A DNA stretch of 64,000 nt from Candidatus Hydrogenedentota bacterium (GTDB taxonomy: Bacteria; Hydrogenedentota; Hydrogenedentia; Hydrogenedentales; SLHB01). The notes under the pieces are model-generated. The model saw only the letters and a program-made list of their open reading frames with translations. It had not been told where the DNA came from and searched no databases. Positions 61,935-64,000 of the stretch are shown piece after piece. The stretch spans positions 160,001-224,000 of the forward strand of contig CAVUWV010000020.1 of assembly GCA_963745075.1 (NCBI GenBank). Reading direction: 5' to 3'. Position 1 is the stretch's first letter; each line of letters begins with the position of its first letter. A program made the position numbers and the translations under genes.

Positions 61935-62632
61935 GGGCCATCAGTGTGGCCGTCTTCCAAGTGTATGCGGGCGCTGCTCCAGCGCCAGGCTTCGGGTGTA
62001 GCGCACAGGCTCGCCGCGGTTGGATTGTTGTGAACATACGCCATGACGGCGTGAAAATGTCTTTGGTCGCGGACATATCGGTCCCGGTATTCGCGATACC
62101 ACACATGACGTGCCGAACCCATTCCGGGAAGCACACGCATCATCGGGATTAGCCGCCTTCCGGTGTAGGATTTCCAAGTTGTGACCACACGCGCCAGCTT
62201 CCACCCCCGTATCTGTTCAAAAAGGACATGGACATGGTTAGGCATGATCGCCCATGCAAGGAGACGGTAGCGAACGCCATCGAAATACAGAAGCGCGTCT
62301 TGTGTCAGTTCGGCCGCTCGTGGCTCCCGAAGCAAACAGCATCCGTGCCCCGCGTCGATCCAGGCCTCGATACGCTTGTAGCGCTCGACCTCCCGCTCGG
62401 ATTCCGGCATCTCGCGGATTTCATCTTCGAAACGATCGAGGACGACCTTCGGCAAGCTGTCCGCGAGGTGAAACGTCACATGTTGAATGGAGCCCGGCGA
62501 GTCGAAGTGCGGGATGTAGCCGCGCGAATGCCAATGCGGTTGTGCGGAACTGTCATGGTCCTGCCTGAGGACAGCGCGACCTCGGTATTCGCCGGACTGG
62601 TGCCCCACACCTTCACGCACCTCCCCCATCAT
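61913..62632 (-). mobile_element. REP-associated tyrosine transposase (RAYT, IS200/Y1 superfamily)
   Basis: W.SRGY.PH.D, HVTF.LADS, D.G.G.C.L, MPNHVH (HUH), WKSYT, DRYVRD, AYVHNNP (catalytic Tyr), W.WSSA; flanked by REPs. Confidence 0.92.
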
Positions 62633-62684
62633 CGATATCCTCCCTTGGGGCCGTCACACTATTGCATGCCATAGTAACATATCA

Positions 62685-62819
62685 CCCCACTGGGAGCGCC
62701 ATGCACCAGCGCGGCGTGCTTCGGAGCGTTCAAGTCACTCCCTGCAACAGCCGCCTTACCGCCGTAACCGTCACTCCTCCGAATCTTCGCCAGGCTGGTG
62801 CCTGGCGCTCCCAGTGGGG
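62685..62819. repeat. REPIN-like unit right of the RAYT
   Basis: CCCCACTGGGAGCGCC...CTTCGGAG and CTCCGAATC...GGCGCTCCCAGTGGGG inverted arms with a 50-nt spacer. Confidence 0.85.
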
Positions 62820-62919
62820 GCATCCACGATTGCAAGCCGACCCACTGCAACGCCCGGCACCTAAAGGGTAGGAGGATGTTTGCTATGGGTTACCCTGAAA
62901 TACCCCCGAGGACAACACC

Positions 62920-64000
62920 ATGCCGGCGGTAGTGGAACGCAAACCAGGCCTCGATCCCGGCGTGGATTTGCGACAGGCGGCGGCGACGTTGTGTACCGAT
63001 GTCGCGAATGCGGGACGGTTTGCGGAGGCGGCCGGTTCGCTCATCCGGTTTGTCCCGGAATGGGGCTGGCTGCGGTGGGACGGGCGGCGTTGGGCGCGGG
63101 ACACCCTGGGCGTCGTGCGGAAGATGGCGCAAGATGTGCACACCTTCGTGCGGGCCGAGGCCGCGGCGGCGGAGAACCCCCAGGTCGCGGACGCCCTGTG
63201 GAAACACGCCAAATACACGGCGAAAAGCTCGGCCATCACGGCCTTTCTACGCGAGACGGAACCCATGTGCGCGGAACGGGCGGAGGTCTTCGACCGGATA
63301 CCGGATCGCGTGAATTGCCGCAACTGCACGCTGGACTTCAGCCGGATTGACGGCGATCTACCCCATCACGGCGACCATTCAAGCGCCAACTATCTCACGC
63401 GGATGATTCCCCACGACTGGCACCTGGGTGCACGGCGCGTTGCATGGGAGAACTTCCTCGAAGACGTGTTGCCGGATGCGGAAGTGCGGGCTTTCGTGCA
63501 ACGGGCGCTCGGCTATTCCTTGCTGGGCCACACGCGGGAGCAGTGCTTCTTCATCCTCCACGGCACAGGGTGCAACGGGAAATCGGTGTTTCTGAACACC
63601 ATCAAGGCCGTGCTCGGCGAGGACTACGCCCGGCAGGCCGACCCGGAATGTTTCATGGCGGGCCGCGGTCCCGCGACGCGCAACGACCTGGCGCGGCTGC
63701 AGGGCGTGCGGTTTGTCACCGCCGTCGAATCGGGCGACGGGCACCGTCTCGACGAGTCGCTGATTAAATCCATCACCGGCGGCGATGCCGTGCAAGCGCG
63801 ATTCCTCTATCGCGAATACTTCGAGTTCGTGCCGCAGTTCAAGCTGTGGCTGGCGACCAACCATCCGCCGCGCATTCGGGGCACGGACCACGCCATCTGG
63901 CGGCGCGTCATGCTGGTGCCGTTCACGGTGACCATCCCCGGCGACCGGCGCGACCCGGCGTTGCAGGACACGTTGCTCCGCGAGGCGGAAGGCATCCTCG
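62920..64000 (+). CDS. Phage/plasmid P4-family D5-type SF3 helicase (partial, open to the window end; absent from the ORF track)
   Basis: Manual translation: TDVANAGRF, W..WDG.RW..D, NC.N.TLD, W.NFL.DV, Q...GYSL.G...EQ..F.L.G; Walker A GTGCNGKS; LARLQG.RFV...E, IK.ITGGD...ARFLY..FEF.PQFKL..ATNH.P, D.AIWRR. Confidence 0.92.
   Translation, partial: MPAVVERKPGLDPGVDLRQAAATLCTDVANAGRFAEAAGSLIRFVPEWGWLRWDGRRWARDTLGVVRKMAQDVHTFVRAEAAAAENPQVADALWKHAKYTAKSSAITAFLRETEPMCAERAEVFDRIPDRVNCRNCTLDFSRIDGDLPHHGDHSSANYLTRMIPHDWHLGARRVAWENFLEDVLPDAEVRAFVQRALGYSLLGHTREQCFFILHGTGCNGKSVFLNTIKAVLGEDYARQADPECFMAGRGPATRNDLARLQGVRFVTAVESGDGHRLDESLIKSITGGDAVQARFLYREYFEFVPQFKLWLATNHPPRIRGTDHAIWRRVMLVPFTVTIPGDRRDPALQDTLLREAEGIL

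Noticed and set aside
61913..62632. IS200/IS605 element with TnpB or an RNA-guided system
   Set aside because: No tnpB/iscB ORF is present; motifs and multiple flanking REPs indicate a RAYT.

Overview
This is a GC-rich bacterial chromosome segment from a diderm (LolA, lipoboxes, many Tat signals). The gene repertoire suggests an anaerobic glycan degrader such as Ca. Hydrogenedentota, but that is inference and was not tested. Housekeeping genes include M23 peptidase plus bactofilin, mnmA, tag, nhaA, gltA, proC-divIVA-lolA-maf, araB and an M42 peptidase. They are interleaved with many secreted carbohydrate-processing genes: two GH106-like proteins, heparinase II/III, a sulfatase, two Na+/solute symporters, a Gfo/Idh/MocA oxidoreductase and TIM-barrel epimerase/lyase-like proteins. 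At least seven genes carry small indels, mostly +1, which looks like long-read error rather than decay. Most notable are four things. (1) A cluster with a Tat-signal DegT-type aminotransferase, a TIM-barrel lipoprotein, an SSS transporter and a Tat Gfo/Idh/MocA, possibly an exported amino-sugar/3-keto-glycoside catabolic pathway. (2) An operon of an SSS transporter, a 57-aa membrane protein missing from the ORF track, and two paralogous secreted proteins of no family I recognise. (3) A REP-associated tyrosine transposase between two mutually inverted REPIN-like units, with a REP-in-REP insertion, next to a D5/P4 helicase that lacks a primase domain and runs off the window. (4) Several further small palindromic or periodic intergenic repeat families. 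No rRNA, tRNA or CRISPR array was seen. All product calls come from motif recognition by eye; no database searches were run.
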